A DNA stretch of 64,000 bases from Felis catus (lineage: Eukaryota). Position numbers and translations under genes: made by a program. The DNA lies in assembly GCF_018350175.1 (NCBI RefSeq), contig NC_058368.1, positions 4,340,001 through 4,404,000 on the forward strand, read 5' to 3'. This document shows positions 1 to 13,339 of this stretch, in pieces; within the stretch, counting starts at the first letter, position 1; each line of letters begins with the position of its first letter. The notes beneath the pieces are model-generated. The model searched no databases. It worked only from the letters and a program-made list of their open reading frames with translations, and was not told the origin of the DNA.

Positions 1-1816
1 GCAGCTGAGCCCTCCAGATCTGAGAACGAGGGAAAAGGCCGGTCTGCGTCCGTTCTAAAAAACCCATCATAACAGTAAATGGCTGTCTTTCGTGAAATCA
101 TCACATGTGTCAAACGCAGCTCCGTCTGATGAGGAATTACAGTACAAAGGCTGGCCTGGCAGTTTGAAAAGCCTGAAGTGAATTTTATGAGATCAGAACT
201 CTAATTCCAGATCTGGCTCTCCCAAGCCTAGGGCAACCGCACTGCTCACCTTGTGCACTTTGAAGTTTTTCTCTGCTACAAGGCTGTGGTTACCCACACC
301 TTTCTCTAAAGGTGGATTCCCACTATCTCCGATCAGTTCCTGGGAAAATCAGAACATCAGCCAGAAAGTGAAATTCCTTTCTTCCTTTGAACTGAGAAAA
401 CCCGATGCCCCCCCACCCCCACCCCCAGCTCGGTTAATATCTGTCTCTGGTCAAACGGGAGGTTCTGTCTACGGGGCTGCTGACTGGACGGGTGCAGAGG
501 GTCTGAGCTTCCTGCTGGACAGACGCCGATCCAGCCGGAGCCCCACATACACGGCGTGTTTACAAACTGGTTTCTTTTCACTTTATCGTCAGACGGAATA
601 ATTCCATTTGCAACCACGCTTCTGGGTCACAAAACATTTTGCCTTTTGAAGCTCCACGTCTTCCTTAAACAAACACACCCACATATTAAACGTACACACA
701 CCCTCTTCAAAAATCAGTGCGTTTACAAAAGGGAGGTCTTAGCCTTGAGAACGCAGGTGCTCTCTTCCCTTCCAGCTCTTTCTTCCAAAAAGCTCTCAGC
801 TATTTCAGAGGCCATGTTGAGTAAACAGCCAAACAAGCCAGAGATTAGGGATTCTGTTTCCTTGGCTCCCATTCCAGGCTTGCCATTTACCTCTATTACT
901 GCAACGATGTCATAATCCTGGAGCCACTAAATTCTAAGTCTGCTTCCAGGACATGCTTCCCTCCTTCATCCCTGTTACGCTGTGCAAGGAGACAGGGTTG
1001 CTGCCAACGAGTGTGTGGTGAAGTGCCAAAACCTGCTGGGCGTTCTCACTCGACAAATCTTATTTGGCTACGCGCAAGCCAGTTGATATCCCACCGACTC
1101 TGGTTAGCACACGTCACCTTTCGCCACTGTCCCTGGGGGGGGGGGGGGGATCTCACTCTGAGACCTCAACGGTACCTTCCTTGAGCATCAGTGTATTTGT
1201 GCCCAACATTACAAAAGAACGAACGGGAAAACTCAGTGGAAGAGGCACACAACCACTTCTCAAGCCAAAGCTTCCTGGTAGGACCTGAAAAATCAGTGGA
1301 AGAGACTACCGGTCCTTCCGAGACCCGTCCGGGCGCCCGAACCGGAGTCGCACCCCCACCAGGTGCTACGCTGTGACCTCGGGCAGTAAACTTGGGGAGC
1401 ACCACAGGACTGCTCAGTGCGTGAAGCGGGGGCGGGGGGAGACACAGGACAGTGTGCTCAGCACAGCACCTGGCACGTCAAAATCTCCCCACCGATGTTT
1501 CTAGCAAGTAGTTACGGGTATAGTTACGGTTTTCGTTCTCATTCCTGTGGTTGCTGCCACTGCTACTCTCTCCAGTCCACTCAACTCCAACAGTGTAAAA
1601 GCAGGAGAAATTAGTCTGAACTGGTTAATGTCCAACATAAAGCACTACTTATCTTAGGAAAATCAGCATGTGAGGCTCCTGCAGCCTTTTAATGACATTC
1701 CTATCCTAACGTGAAAAAGCACGTGCATCAGAAGGAAGACCCAGGGGAATGGGGTGCTAGAATTCCAATTATTTTGAGGGTGTGATTTAAGACTTCAAGG
1801 ATTTTTTTAAAGCTCT

Positions 1817-2026
1817 TTTAAAATGTTTTTTAAGGTTTATTTATTTTTCAGAGAGAGAGAGAGAGAGAGGGAATGAGAGGGGGAGGGGCAGAGAGAGAGG
1901 GAGACACAGAATCCAAAACAGCTCCAGGCTCCGAGCTGTCAGCACAGAGCCCGACGCGGGGCTCCAACTCACAAACTGTGAGATCATGACCTGAGCTGAC
2001 GTCGGACGCTCAACCGACTGAGCCAC
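1817..2026 (-). mobile_element. Can-SINE, slightly 5'-truncated, with a ~60-bp flanking direct duplication
   Basis: tRNA-like head (TGGCTCAGTCGGTTGAGCGTCCGAC on minus), (CT)n tract and A-rich tail; the GGGGCGCCTGG start is missing. Confidence 0.95.
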
Positions 2027-3289
2027 TAGAATTCCAATTATTTTGAGGGTGTGATTTCAGATTTCAAGAATTTTTTAAAGCTCTGTTTTCTTAAACTGCT
2101 TGAAGGGAAAACATAAGTGGAGTTTAGCTGTCCTCCTGACCCTACAGCTTATTCAAACTGAACATACCTTTAGTTGTGTACGGAAAAAGACTGAAAGTGA
2201 GACATGTGTTACTTGACATTCCCTACCTTGTATGATGAGGTAGAAAAAGAACTCGATAATCTTATTCAAATATTTGCGATGTGAACTCTGGGATGAAAAG
2301 GGATCGATCATTCCATATTTAAGAAAACAAAAAAAACAAAAAAAACTTTAATGTCAACATAAACCAGTAAGTAAAAGAGAAAATTAGGTTTTGGCTTGAT
2401 CGTTCCTTGATCTAAGTTTCGTCATTAGTAGTGTTCCATAATCATCAAAAGGAAAAAGTTTCTCTTAGAGATAGTTGAAAACACTCAAGTAAACACTGGA
2501 AGATATCTTGTAAAACGATCTTGCAGGAAACGAGCCAATTAAACCAAGAGACATCTTCCTGTCTCTGCGCTCGCTGGCAGCATTTCAAACAAGAGTTGGT
2601 TAGCAAATGCCAGTTTCAACTGCCCCCCTAAAACCTGCTCTAAATCTGTGCCACTGCTATCATTATTTACCTTTTATCGGTATTCTTGCTAGATGGAAAC
2701 GCAGCAGTGCACCCCGATATCAGTCCCGCCTGAGGTTAACTGAGGGCTCCCAACTTGCTCAGCCCTTGATGCTTGAAGCCTCCGGGTGTCACGCTAAGAA
2801 TCTAGATCAAGAGCTTTGGGGCAACGACATCTGCTTTGCTAGCCTGTCTTTAGCCCACTGCCAACAGCGCACATTTGTAACCGCATGTTAAGAACACCAT
2901 CCATAATGACTATCTTTAAAGAAACCTTTATAACATTTCCATTAAGCAATCAAAAAGAGCTGAAAGAGTAGTATCTACATTCTTTTTAGAAGGTAGTGTG
3001 GTTGATAGCATCTAAAAGTGGAATTGCTGGTGTACTTCCTGGAAGGAGTCTACCACAAGTTATTTACTTGGGAACAAAAAGACGCTCACATCTCAAGTAA
3101 AGCCAACCTTCAGAGGCACTGTCTCAGACGGCGACACAAATGGCGGGGGGCTCCGTCACATTTACACTGCAAGGAGAGGTTACGTGAACGCGACTCGCCG
3201 AAAGTAAAAGGCCACAAAATGTGTATCAAGATCTATACCTTCAAGAGCACAGGGGTGGAGTGTTGTGAGCCGGCAACGGGCCCCTCAAA

Positions 3290-3480
3290 GGCTTTGAAGA
3301 CCCAACGGCCTGGGTCAAATCCTGACAATGCCATTTAATAGCTTTGCAACACTGAGTTAGTTCCTCAGGGTCTAGGCTTTATGTCCCATATATGCGAAGT
3401 GCGGATAACACCGCATATCAAATTAATGTTATGTGGATTACAGACACTGTGTCCGCACCTAACACACTTTCGTTAATGTC
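3290..3480 (+). mobile_element. MIR fragment
   Basis: cctgggtcaaatcctgacaatgccatttaatagc resembles the MIR core; ends with acctaacacac. Confidence 0.6.
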
Positions 3481-3745
3481 ACTGTCCCTTGTACTTCTGC
3501 AAAACAAATCACCTACCTGCGTGCTGACTATCTGAAACCATTGAGTAGGAACTTGGGATGCCCAGGGTTTAAGAAGAGGTGCTCTACACCCTGAACGCCA
3601 GTGAACACGCAGGGCCATGGTCTTTTGTCTAAAGGGATTCTCCACCCATCCCTTCTATCCAGTTGTCGGATTATCAATACTCACTCGCCCCGTAGGTAGA
3701 AGCAAGGAAGTGTATTGAAATGAAAAGTGCCACAGATATATATGT

Positions 3746-4638
3746 AAGTGAAACCATGGATTGCGAGTAACTTGTTCTGCGAGTGTTCTACCAGACAAGC
3801 AAACATTTCTAATAAATTTTAACTTGATACACGAGCGATGTCTTGCAATACAAGTAACATATGACTCCGAACAACACATGATCACAGCGGAGCCAATGGT
3901 TCCTCTCTCTCTCTCACTGTGGGATTGTGGGCGATCACCTCCCACGCTCGGATGTAGGTCTCAGGCGTCGGTGTTTGGCAGAAATCAGTGATTTTTCAGA
4001 ACGTTGGAAGGTGCCCACAACTGGCACTAGTCTATTTTTTGTCACTTCAAAGCACCTATCAACAGTCCTTTGCTTTTCCAGACAAGAGACAGGTTAGGGA
4101 TGCTTTGCTTCATTCTAGGTCAGGCTGCCTGCAGATATAGACCCTTTCCTTTGCTGCCTTATTGCCAGTTACGTTAAATACAGTCTCTGACAAGAGTTTA
4201 TGAATACTGCACTGTGGTCAACATCTGTTGGGCATATACAATGGCCCCCATGCAGGAAAAGATTCCATTGGGCCAACAGATAGCGTTGATTCCATTAGTG
4301 ATAGTGAAAGTCGTCCCACACAATAACCCTCCTGTCTCTTGTCTCCCTCGTACCAACCATGAAGGTTTTCAAACGTAAGTGCGGGTTAACTTACTTTTCT
4401 TTACATTTTGTATTTTCTTTATTATTTTGTATCATATTACAGTATTGTAATCGTCTTGTATTATATTACTGTATTCTAATCGTTACAATATTGTAATCAA
4501 CATGAATATCTTTGGGTTGTGGAACGAATCATCTGACTTTCCATTATTTTTATGGACAAATTCACTTTGATATACAAGTGCTCTGGATTACAAACATGTT
4601 TCTGGAATGAATTATGCTCGCCAACCAAGGTTTTACTG
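3746..4638. mobile_element. Non-autonomous TcMar/Tigger-type DNA transposon (~0.9 kb) with both terminal inverted repeats
   Basis: Left end agtgaaaccatggattgcgag (3747-3767) versus the reverse complement of the right end, agtaaaaccttggttggcgag (4617-4637): 17/21 match. TA/TG-rich flanks; no transposase ORF. Confidence 0.75.
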
Positions 4639-4655
4639 TGTGTATGTGTATGTAT

Positions 4656-4688
<33 letters not shown>
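4639..4688. repeat. (TG/TA)n then (CA)n microsatellite
   Basis: Directly visible; abuts the right end of the transposon. Confidence 0.95.
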
Positions 4689-4690
<2 letters not shown>

Positions 4691-6769
4691 GTATACACTG
4701 ATAGGTTAAAAGTTAACATCCTGAAAAAAGTTAAAATTCTATTTAAAAGTTACCTCCCCAGAGGCTTTTCATCCTCTTTGCTAGCAAAAAATTATGTTGC
4801 TGAATTCAGTCATTGGAACACTGACAATAAAATAGGGGGGAAAAATCCAAGGATAGGAGATGCTTCTGGGTTAAGTTTTGCAGAAGAAAAGATCTGTCAT
4901 TTCCTGGTAAAGGCTGACTTCTTTTTATCGGTGCAAAGAGATCGATATGTCATGTGGTTTCTATTACCCCACACTGTAAAAGTTATACAAAATGCTCATC
5001 AGTTTCTAGTATGATAGTATGCAGTTCTCTGCCTGATACGTTAACAAAACACTGTAACCCACAGGAATGACTTATTCCTGGTGCTCCAAAGTCAATTTAT
5101 TTAGAAAGTAAAAAGAAAAAAAGAAAAAAAAACCCCGTCTTTCCATGAAGGCATTCCATTTACAACACCTACATATTTTCTCTTTTGTTTAACTTTCACT
5201 GGAACGCTGACCTTGTCTTTTTACACGCAAAGCGCATCCGAGTGGCTATTCCAAGGGTGGGTGCCTCTGATCGTTATAAAACGCTCCAGGAATAGACTCG
5301 GTATATTTTGCATGAGAGCATCTGGTGAAATCAGGCTGCGGATCCCCAGACGTGCTGCCCATTAATACGACAGGTGTGGAGAGAGCGGAGGGTCAGCATC
5401 GTGTCACATTTACTTACGTTTATACCTTCAGCCTACCCCCTCCCGGGCCACCTCACCTGGCTGGCCAGTCGGTGCCCGGTATGCAGGTAGCCGGCCAGCA
5501 GGAGGGTGGGGGGCAGGAGTGGCTGAAGCCCAGGAACCCTGCAGGCCCCCAGCCTTGTGTCCCAGGGCGGGCTGCACAGCCCCAGCGTGGGCGCCTGTCT
5601 ACAACTCCGCCTCCCAGAGGGCGCCTTCCTGTAAATCTGACGGGATGCTCCAGGGTCTGCAGTTAGCTTACTGGTTTATTTCTGTGTCCCTCAAGTGCCT
5701 GCTTAGCAATATTCAGTAAATACTCACTGAGCTTGAGTGAATTAACATCATCAACAACGAACAACACTTTACTTCATTCTGTCAGATTGCTTACTGGTCA
5801 CTACCCTAAGGATATTAAAATAATACATTTTCACGAAAGACTGTACAGGGACAGCTCCTCAGTCTTACGCTACGGAGGTTGGGTGGCTAAAAGCAAAGGG
5901 GCCTGGCTGCCAACACACACAAGGTGGCTGTCAGGAGGGAGAGACGTCGGAGGGAGGTGGTGGCGAAGGCCAAGGCCTCTGGGACCCCCTGTTCCCAGGG
6001 AGAGTTTTACTTCGAGTTGGCCCTACTTTAACGAAGCCCCAAGAGTTGACTCACCTCGTATAACAAAGCCCGCTACTTACTGCCGTAAATCAAGTTGCGG
6101 AATTTATCTCTGACCTCCCACGGCAGTGGAAACACATTCCACTTTAATGCCTGTTTCTTAAATCACTGCTAATTCACCAGACTGACTTGGTCTTGCATTA
6201 TGGGAATTATAAAGCACAAGGTAGGATCTATGTTCTTCTAACCTTGTAGAACACCGGTTATGCGGTATAATAAATATACGTAGTGCATAGCGGAAAAGCT
6301 CTACGAAGAACACAGATATGACGAGGAGCCAAATGGATGGTGGTCTCTTAGGAGCCGCGGCTCCCTTCTCCCTCCCGACGAAGGCTCTTTGATCAAAAAA
6401 GGATTGAGGCCAGTGAAGCTAGGGTCCCGGTGTGGGTACGGCCGGTGGGGCAGGTGGAAGCCAGAAAGAGTGGCAGGACTGACAAAGCAAACCTGATATC
6501 CGGACAGCTGGGCAGACACGGTGACACGAGATCAGAGAGGGAGACGCTGAACAAGCAGGGGATGAAACTTTCACTGCCCGTCCTTCTCTTTTATGTTAGA
6601 AAAGGGCTTTCGCAAAAATATTTGGGCCCATAAATCCCTTAGAAATAGCTCTGTGATATAAAACTTCGCAGACAAGGCGAATAAAAACCTGTCCCCTTTC
6701 TAACAGTCCCCACTTTTTTATGGCACAAGAAATAGTTCACCTTTTCAGCATACTTCAAAATTTATGTAT

Positions 6770-7030
6770 TTGCTCATTTAACGTATCCTTACCAAGTGCC
6801 TGTTGCAGGCACTGGAGACATGGCAGGTGCAAACATCAGTCCCTCTCCTCTGACGGGGCTTAGAGTTTATGCGAGAGCGCAGACGACAAACCGAGAAATG
6901 AAATAATACGTTACACGTTATGTCAGGAAGTAAATACGTGCTATGGAAAGAAAAAAAAAAAAAGAGACAACAAAGCACAGAAAGGAGGTACCGAGAGACA
7001 GGGAAGGCCTTCCTGACAGCAAGAGGGAAA
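6770..7030 (-). mobile_element. L2 3'-end fragment
   Basis: cattta..caagtgcctgttgcaggcactggagacatggcaggtgcaaacatcagtccct..cggggcttagagttta is a typical antisense L2 3' pattern. Confidence 0.6.
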
Positions 7031-7383
7031 TAAAGATCTGTATTTTTAAACATCTGAGCAACCCATGCAAATTCATCTGGTTTACTTCAAACAGCATAGT
7101 TTTGCCTGGCATGCCGGTAGTTTTAAATCGTCTTACCTTCCGATATTTCATATATCTGAGGGCTTTCCTCACAAGCCACAAATGGAAAACACACTCTGGG
7201 GTGGGCACTCGTCGGCCACAGCGCACGTCTTGCGAGCACGTCCTGGCATTTCTTTACCCTGAGCCCCTACACGCCCAGGGGACACAGGCGTCAGCTAAGT
7301 CAGGCAGCACCTGGCACGTGTGAATCTCTCCCTTGAAAATCCCACTTAATTAGAAACAGAGAAAGCAAAGAGGCACGTTTACA

Positions 7384-7406
7384 ACGACGACGACGACGAC
7401 GACGAC
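7384..7406. repeat. (ACG)7 trinucleotide microsatellite
   Basis: acaACGACGACGACGACGACGACGacaac seen directly. Confidence 0.95.
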
Positions 7407-7928
7407 AACTCAGGAGTAGGCATCCAACGTGCCCGTACATCCGTTCATTCTCCCACAGCGTCCAGCCTGCCAGCTTTGTGCCAGGCACGGCCACGTTCAG
7501 GGATTAACCGGACGGCACGATTAGAACGGCAAGTGACAACCACAAATGGTTGTTAGTTCCACGAAACGATGCAAAATGCCTCCTCTTGCAAAGTCAGCGT
7601 GGATGCGTTTGCACCACAGGGGAAGGCAGTCAAGCGAGCGTCAGACAATGAGTGCCTCTGTAGCCTCCTGGCTTTTGTGTGTCAGCTCTACTTCGGCCGA
7701 CAGACAGCGCTTACCGCTCCCGGCGGCCGTCGAGTTCGTATCGCACAAACAGCCAACGGGAAAGCCTCCCGCTAAGCGAGAGGGGCTTCTGGACACCGGG
7801 TCCCCGCGGTAACCCTGGAATTAAATCCCCTGGACTTGGGAGCTTCTAGCGCCGAATTCCACACGTGCGCTGAGCTGTTCCAGGGCAGCAGGGCTGCTTG
7901 TCGGGCCTGTGTTTCTCTCCTTACCTGT

Positions 7929-8141
7929 CTTTAAAGTTTATGGACGTGTTTTGGGAGAGACAGAGAGACAGCGCGAGTGGGACGGGGCGGAGAGAGAGGG
8001 AGAGAGGCAGAATCCCAAGCAGGCTCTGTGCTGTCAGTGCAGAGCCCGACGTGGGGCTCGAGCCCCCGAAACCGCGAGGTCACACCAGAGCCGATCGATT
8101 CCAAGAGCCGGACGCTTAACTGACTGGGCCCCCCAGGTGCC
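7929..8141 (-). mobile_element. Diverged Can-SINE
   Basis: gagagaggcagaatcccaagcaggctctgtgctgtcagtgcagagcccgacgtggggctcga...ccccaggtgcc. Confidence 0.9.
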
Positions 8142-8149
8142 ATCCCGTA

Positions 8150-8640
8150 GGCCTCCTGATGCCTTACACTGCAGTCAGCCACGGCTCCACCGCTCTCCTC
8201 AGGGGGTCCCCTGGGCTCTCGAGAGCACGGCCACCTCTCCTGCGGCCAAAGTTGGGAACTTGGGAGTCATCTCCGGCATCCCGCCCACTGACTCACTTCC
8301 ACACAGAATCGACTCCACGGCCAGCAGCTCTTACTTCATAAATGGTCTTAAATCAGAAAACCTCTTCTCATCCCGACTGCCGACTCTCCCGGGCTGGTCG
8401 CCCTCGGCTCTCACCAGGATTACTGCCAGCAAGGGGCCTCTTCGAACCAGGCGGCCCCTCGTCAGCAGGCGGCGGATACCAGAAACCATAAACCTGATCT
8501 TGTCACTACCTGCCTTGCAAACACTGTCGGTGCTTTCTCCTGGTCCTCAGAGTAAATGCCAGAAGTCCTTCACAGCATCTACAATGCCCGCGTGATGCCC
8601 ATTTCCCCTGACCGCACGCTGTGCCAAGCAGCCCCTCCTC
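8150..8640 (+). mobile_element. L2 fragment
   Basis: aacttgggagtcatctcc...ccaggattactgccagcaaggggcctc...aacctgatcttgtcact...agagtaaatgccagaagtccttcacag resembles L2 distal sequence. Confidence 0.6.
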
Positions 8641-8794
8641 CAACGGTCCCCATGGGATCCCCCCGCACCTCCCCCCCCAGGTGACAGTGGCAGGAGAGCA
8701 GAAAAATACGACAAATGGAGTTGGGGAGCAGGGAGGGGACACCCCGAGCAGCAGTGTCATTACCAGAAGGCTTACCAAAGAGGCTTGTTCGTGT

Positions 8795-9800
8795 ACTGGT
8801 AATTTTAGGACAGTTTTACATTTACTGAAGAATTGTGAGGATAGAGAGTTCCCACACACCTGCCCCAGTCGGTCGCTGCGTGTCCTCCACTGTTAACGTC
8901 TTCCCTTGGTTGGGCACGGGCATCACAACTAGTTAACCGATATTCCTTCACGGCTGTTCACTAAAGTCGGCATTTACTCACACTCCCTTCGTTTCTACCT
9001 AATGTCCTCGTTCTGCCCCAAGGTCCCATCCAGGACACCACACCGCACGTAGCCCGTCACCCCTGCTTAGCTTCCCCTGCACACCTTGAAAGGCTCTTCA
9101 GTTCCCTGACCTTGACACTTTTGAGGTGGGCCGTTTGGGTATTTTGTACTCTGTCCCTCGGTTTGGGTGATGGGTTTGGGAAGGAAGCCCACAGAGGTGA
9201 AGAGCCTTTCTCGAACATCATCTCAAGGGCACATCCTATCAACATGGCTTCGCTGTCGATGCTGACCTTGAGCACCCGACCGGGGGAGTGTTTCTCAGCT
9301 TCTCCTCTAGAAAGTTCCTGTAATTTCTCCCACCCCTTTCCACACCGTATTCCCTTGGAAGGAAACCACCCTGCACATTCACACTTAACTTACGATCCGT
9401 TTCCTGGAGAGCGGAGCATCTGTCTGCATACATGGTTGAAATGCTTCTGCACGGGAGGTTTGTTTATTCTCCCTGTTTATTTATTCAATCATTTACATCA
9501 CTGCGAACTCCAAGGCAGAAATTCTATACTTTCTGTTATATTCTAGTAACTGCCTTATTTACTCGGTTGCTCAAATTGTCACCACTTTGGCCACTGGGAC
9601 CTCTTTTCAGTTCGCCTGCCTTTGACATACACACCCCTCCTTGGATGTGTTTCTGGGCACTTTCTTATTTCCTGGAGCTTCTGGCTCGTACTTTACACTC
9701 AGCCCTGGAACCAACCGTCTCTCCGAGGAGCCTTGCTGTGAGTTGGCGTGAAACCGAGATCTGAAAGCCGGCTGTGTGCACAGCTACTACGACCGAGACG
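8795..9800 (-). mobile_element. Old L1 (L1MC/MD-like) 3' region
   Basis: ttttaggacagttttacatttactgaagaattgtgagg..cccatccaggacaccacac..gaccttgacacttttgagg..cagccctggaaccaaccgtctctccgaggagcctt resembles the antisense L1MC/MD 3'UTR. Confidence 0.75.
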
Positions 9801-12800
9801 GTTTTTAAAGAAAAGAGGAGTCATCACTACAGATGGTTTGCATGAATCTCCTCGGGGCACAGGGATGACCTTTTGGAACAGAGACCACAATTCTCTGGGT
9901 TTTTTTCTTGGACAAAAACGATATGTAGCAAGTTAGAATAGATGGCACAGGATAATTATGGCAAAAACGATTGTGCCTGGAAAACCATAAAGCTCGGCAG
10001 AAATGTAAGGTATTATGATTTTCATCAGCTTCAAGTGAGGCCCTGTGGGCTCCTAGACTTTGGTTCCAGGAGTCAGTTTGGCAACACATTTACCTAGTAG
10101 ACTCATGTACCTAGTAATTCTTTCAGTCTTCTCTGATGTTTGGTCCTTTTAAAAACTCTGCCAGGTTAATACTTTGTGTCTCTACTGGCATGACGGCTTT
10201 TGACCACAGAGACATAAAAATGAAGCTAAGGGTTTCTCCTCTGGCAACAAGCACAGAAGTAAAGTGGTTGAGTGTTCGCAACAGCCTCCTGGAATGCGAA
10301 AGTCTTGGACTTTAACCTTTCCTTCCCCCCCCCCCCCCCCCGCAAAATTCTTGGTGCAAAGGTTGAAGGGTAGAGCACAGGGAGTGCTCTAACCAGAGGC
10401 AGAAACACGACACTTACTGGGCATCGAGCTCACTGGGCTGCGGCGGGGACCTTTTCTCTCGGAACCACCATGACTCAGAATGATTATAAACTAAGTTGAT
10501 AGCTTTACCACAAAAGTCTAAAGGAGCTCCTACAAAAACAGATGAAGGGAAATCTTATTGCTGATGGCTGGATGGCAGGCAGGCCTCTCCGATGTCAAGG
10601 GGAACAGTTAGGACGTGAGGTTAGAAACAACAAACCGCAGACGCCTGGGGATCGTGCAGGCCTCAGGGCTCACTCCACTGACATCTCCCATGTTCTAAGG
10701 AGCAGCTCGATCTCAAGTCAGAATTTAGAGGTCAACCGAGGAAGACGCGGGAGTCGGGAGGAGAGGCGGCACAGAGAGAGAATGAACTCTTGACGGTTTC
10801 GTTATCTGTAAAAACGGGGACCATCTGACCTACGCTTTGGGGACTAAATCGGGCAGCGCGGCGGAAGGTATCGGCACGTAGCAGTTTCTGCAAATGTTAG
10901 TTGCTGCTGTTGTTGTCTTTCCTGATCATCGGAATGATAAATCTGAACCTAAAAACTTAACAGGGGCCATTCACCCAAGCTCATAGAGGACATAAAACAC
11001 AGAAAGACGGCGTGCAGAGGAAGCTATGCGTGAGGACTCCCTCCGTCATCCACAAACTGCTGAAATCACGCAACTTCTATCCTGCGGGGCCGAATCATTC
11101 CACCCTCGTGTCTGGTGTGGTACGACATGATCGTGCTGCCCGGTGGGTACAAAACGGCGCTCCCTTGCTACGCACAAGCCTTCCTGCATGTTTGCGTTCT
11201 AGCAACCCGTACATTTTCTGGAACGGTTGTGATGGACACTGAACCCACGGCACCCTTAGAGGCATTCTAGTCTAGGCTTTGAAAAATAAGAAAATGAATG
11301 AAAATGTCACGTTATCATCGTTTCTTTCCGGCAAAACCTTGACGTGCTCTTATTACTCAGAAATGGGGTACTTAACATAAACCAAAGAAACACTGGCGGG
11401 TGGGCGTAGCGTATGGCAAGAAGGGGAGAAAAAACTCACCACCGGCAACTGAATACAAGGAGTCCAAGCTCAGCCCGGAATTCTTGGCAATTAAGAAAGT
11501 TGGTTTCCATCAGGGGTTGCCAAACGGCTGAGTGGCGGGGGGCAGGGGGGATGTTAAGTAAACGAATGCTGTGCTTATAACCTGTATCTTTGCATATGCC
11601 ATGGGTGTGTTTAAAGGCAGGTAAGGACATACCGAGGGAGGGGAAGTGACTTTCTTCTGGAAGCCAGAGCCAGCAAGGGCACATCCTAGTACAGTAGGCT
11701 GTGGTACCATGTGACCTCTTTTCTTCCCCGAGGGGGGACATGCCGTTTTAACTACTATTTAACCACTACGTTGTTTTCAAATGGCGTTTGGAGTGTTGAG
11801 AGGAAACAACTATGGGCTCTGACTCTACCAAAGCCTCCTGTTGCCACGGTTGCACGACTTGGGATTTATTTCCCCGCGGGGCTCCCTCAGTCAGGGACTG
11901 ATAGAGTCAGGGACTCTATCGGGCGACAGCCACTCCCTCGGGCTAGAGTCAGCACCGGGACAGGGCTGCGTGGCAGCACCCTTTAGCTGATGAATGGGGG
12001 GCGACCAGTGGGAGACAAGAAAGAGGAATGCTGTGTTCTCTGGGACTTCCTTCAGGCCGGGCTCTGGCCACAAGGAGGCTCATCCGTCAGTGGGCCCAGA
12101 AAAGGTCAAGGGATTCGGAGCCGATGACGACTCATTCTAAACACAGCTCACCTGTGTGGTTTTTATTATTCAAAGGTCAAAAGCATGACGTATTTGAGTT
12201 CTGTGACTAGGTATCATTCGGAGAGCATCAGTACGAGGCAGAGGTATTCTGACTCTAAGGAATGGCCTGAAGTTGATCCGCCATAGAAGTCTTAAAGTAA
12301 GGAGGTTAACAAAGTTGTCATCTGGCCAGGGAGGGACGTCATTTGAAGGGAGGTGTTCTCCTCATCTTTTGCTACTTAATATAACTCTTTACGTTGACCT
12401 AGTAAGTAGTTAAATAACATATTTGATAAACACCACTTCCAAACAGGAATAATGGCTCCCAGATCATCTAAGCTTTTATATCGCAACTCTTAACAATTTC
12501 ACCAATCGCTACTCCTAGGGGTACCCTAGTGTTCGGCTATGAGCCGTCCCCTAAGACATTCTGTTTTGGGGTACAGGCTGGCTGCATACAAGAAAATGAG
12601 AAGCCACTGCTGGTCTTGTCTTACAAATCCAACCCTATAAAGCGACGACAGGCGTAACTTCTCCGCACGTCCCCCATTCATCTTTGACATGTAACAAACC
12701 ATGTGAATTAATGAGATCAGACAGAACCACATTAAGACAAATATTGAGGTTTAAAAGCAGAACCAGTCTATTGTTAACTGGAATCCGAACACTTTCTCAT

Positions 12801-13339
12801 CCCTGGTTTGAACCACAATCTTGTTTTTCTCTCCCAAGTGTGCGAATTCCAGTGTGGAAAATATTAGGTTTCTTAACACAACGACGTTTCATATAAAGAG
12901 CAGAATTTTCAGAGAGGTTGCTTACAACATTCCTGGAGGCAGGGTAGACCAACACACCAGCCAAAAGACAAACGCAGAAAAGGATTTACTCTTTTTCCCC
13001 CTTTGATGGAACCATACGGAAGCTCATACTTCTGCGCAGACACCATTTAGACCTTGGTCTCAAACAGGAGAAGCTGAGCACGGCTACTGGGAGAGCGCAC
13101 AGAAGGGAGAATCTACGGGACAAAGCCATCCTGCAGCATCTCTTCTTGGACCACAGTGGGCTTTTCGTGCAGGACCACAAACCGCTGGCTACAAGCACAC
13201 AATTTAACCTCTTGGTTGCTTACTATCACGAGCCAGGTAATCTGCCTTTCACGCGGGTCCGTAGGAGACCCTTACCCCAGTGTCGAGTTCCGCAAACACG
13301 TGAAACAGCACAGACTGCCGACGACCTCGGTCTCTGCAG

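Noticed and set aside
1135..1149. G15 homopolymer (also C17 at 10325-10341 and the purine tract at 48275-48438) as G-quadruplex/triplex elements
   Set aside because: Structurally capable, but these are common simple repeats with no supporting context, and homopolymer lengths are assembly-sensitive.
7909..8595. 228-aa plus-strand ORF
   Set aside because: It runs through an antisense SINE and an L2 relic, with no protein features.
12986..13188. Possible extra MIPEP exon (tgcttgtag|CCAGC...AAAGA|gtaaat), open for ~67 codons in the frame following exon 18
   Set aside because: Poor polypyrimidine tract, weak donor, and no similarity to the recalled MIPEP terminal exon (GMLQKCPSVDDF...) or any protein I recognise. 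It would need RNA-seq support.
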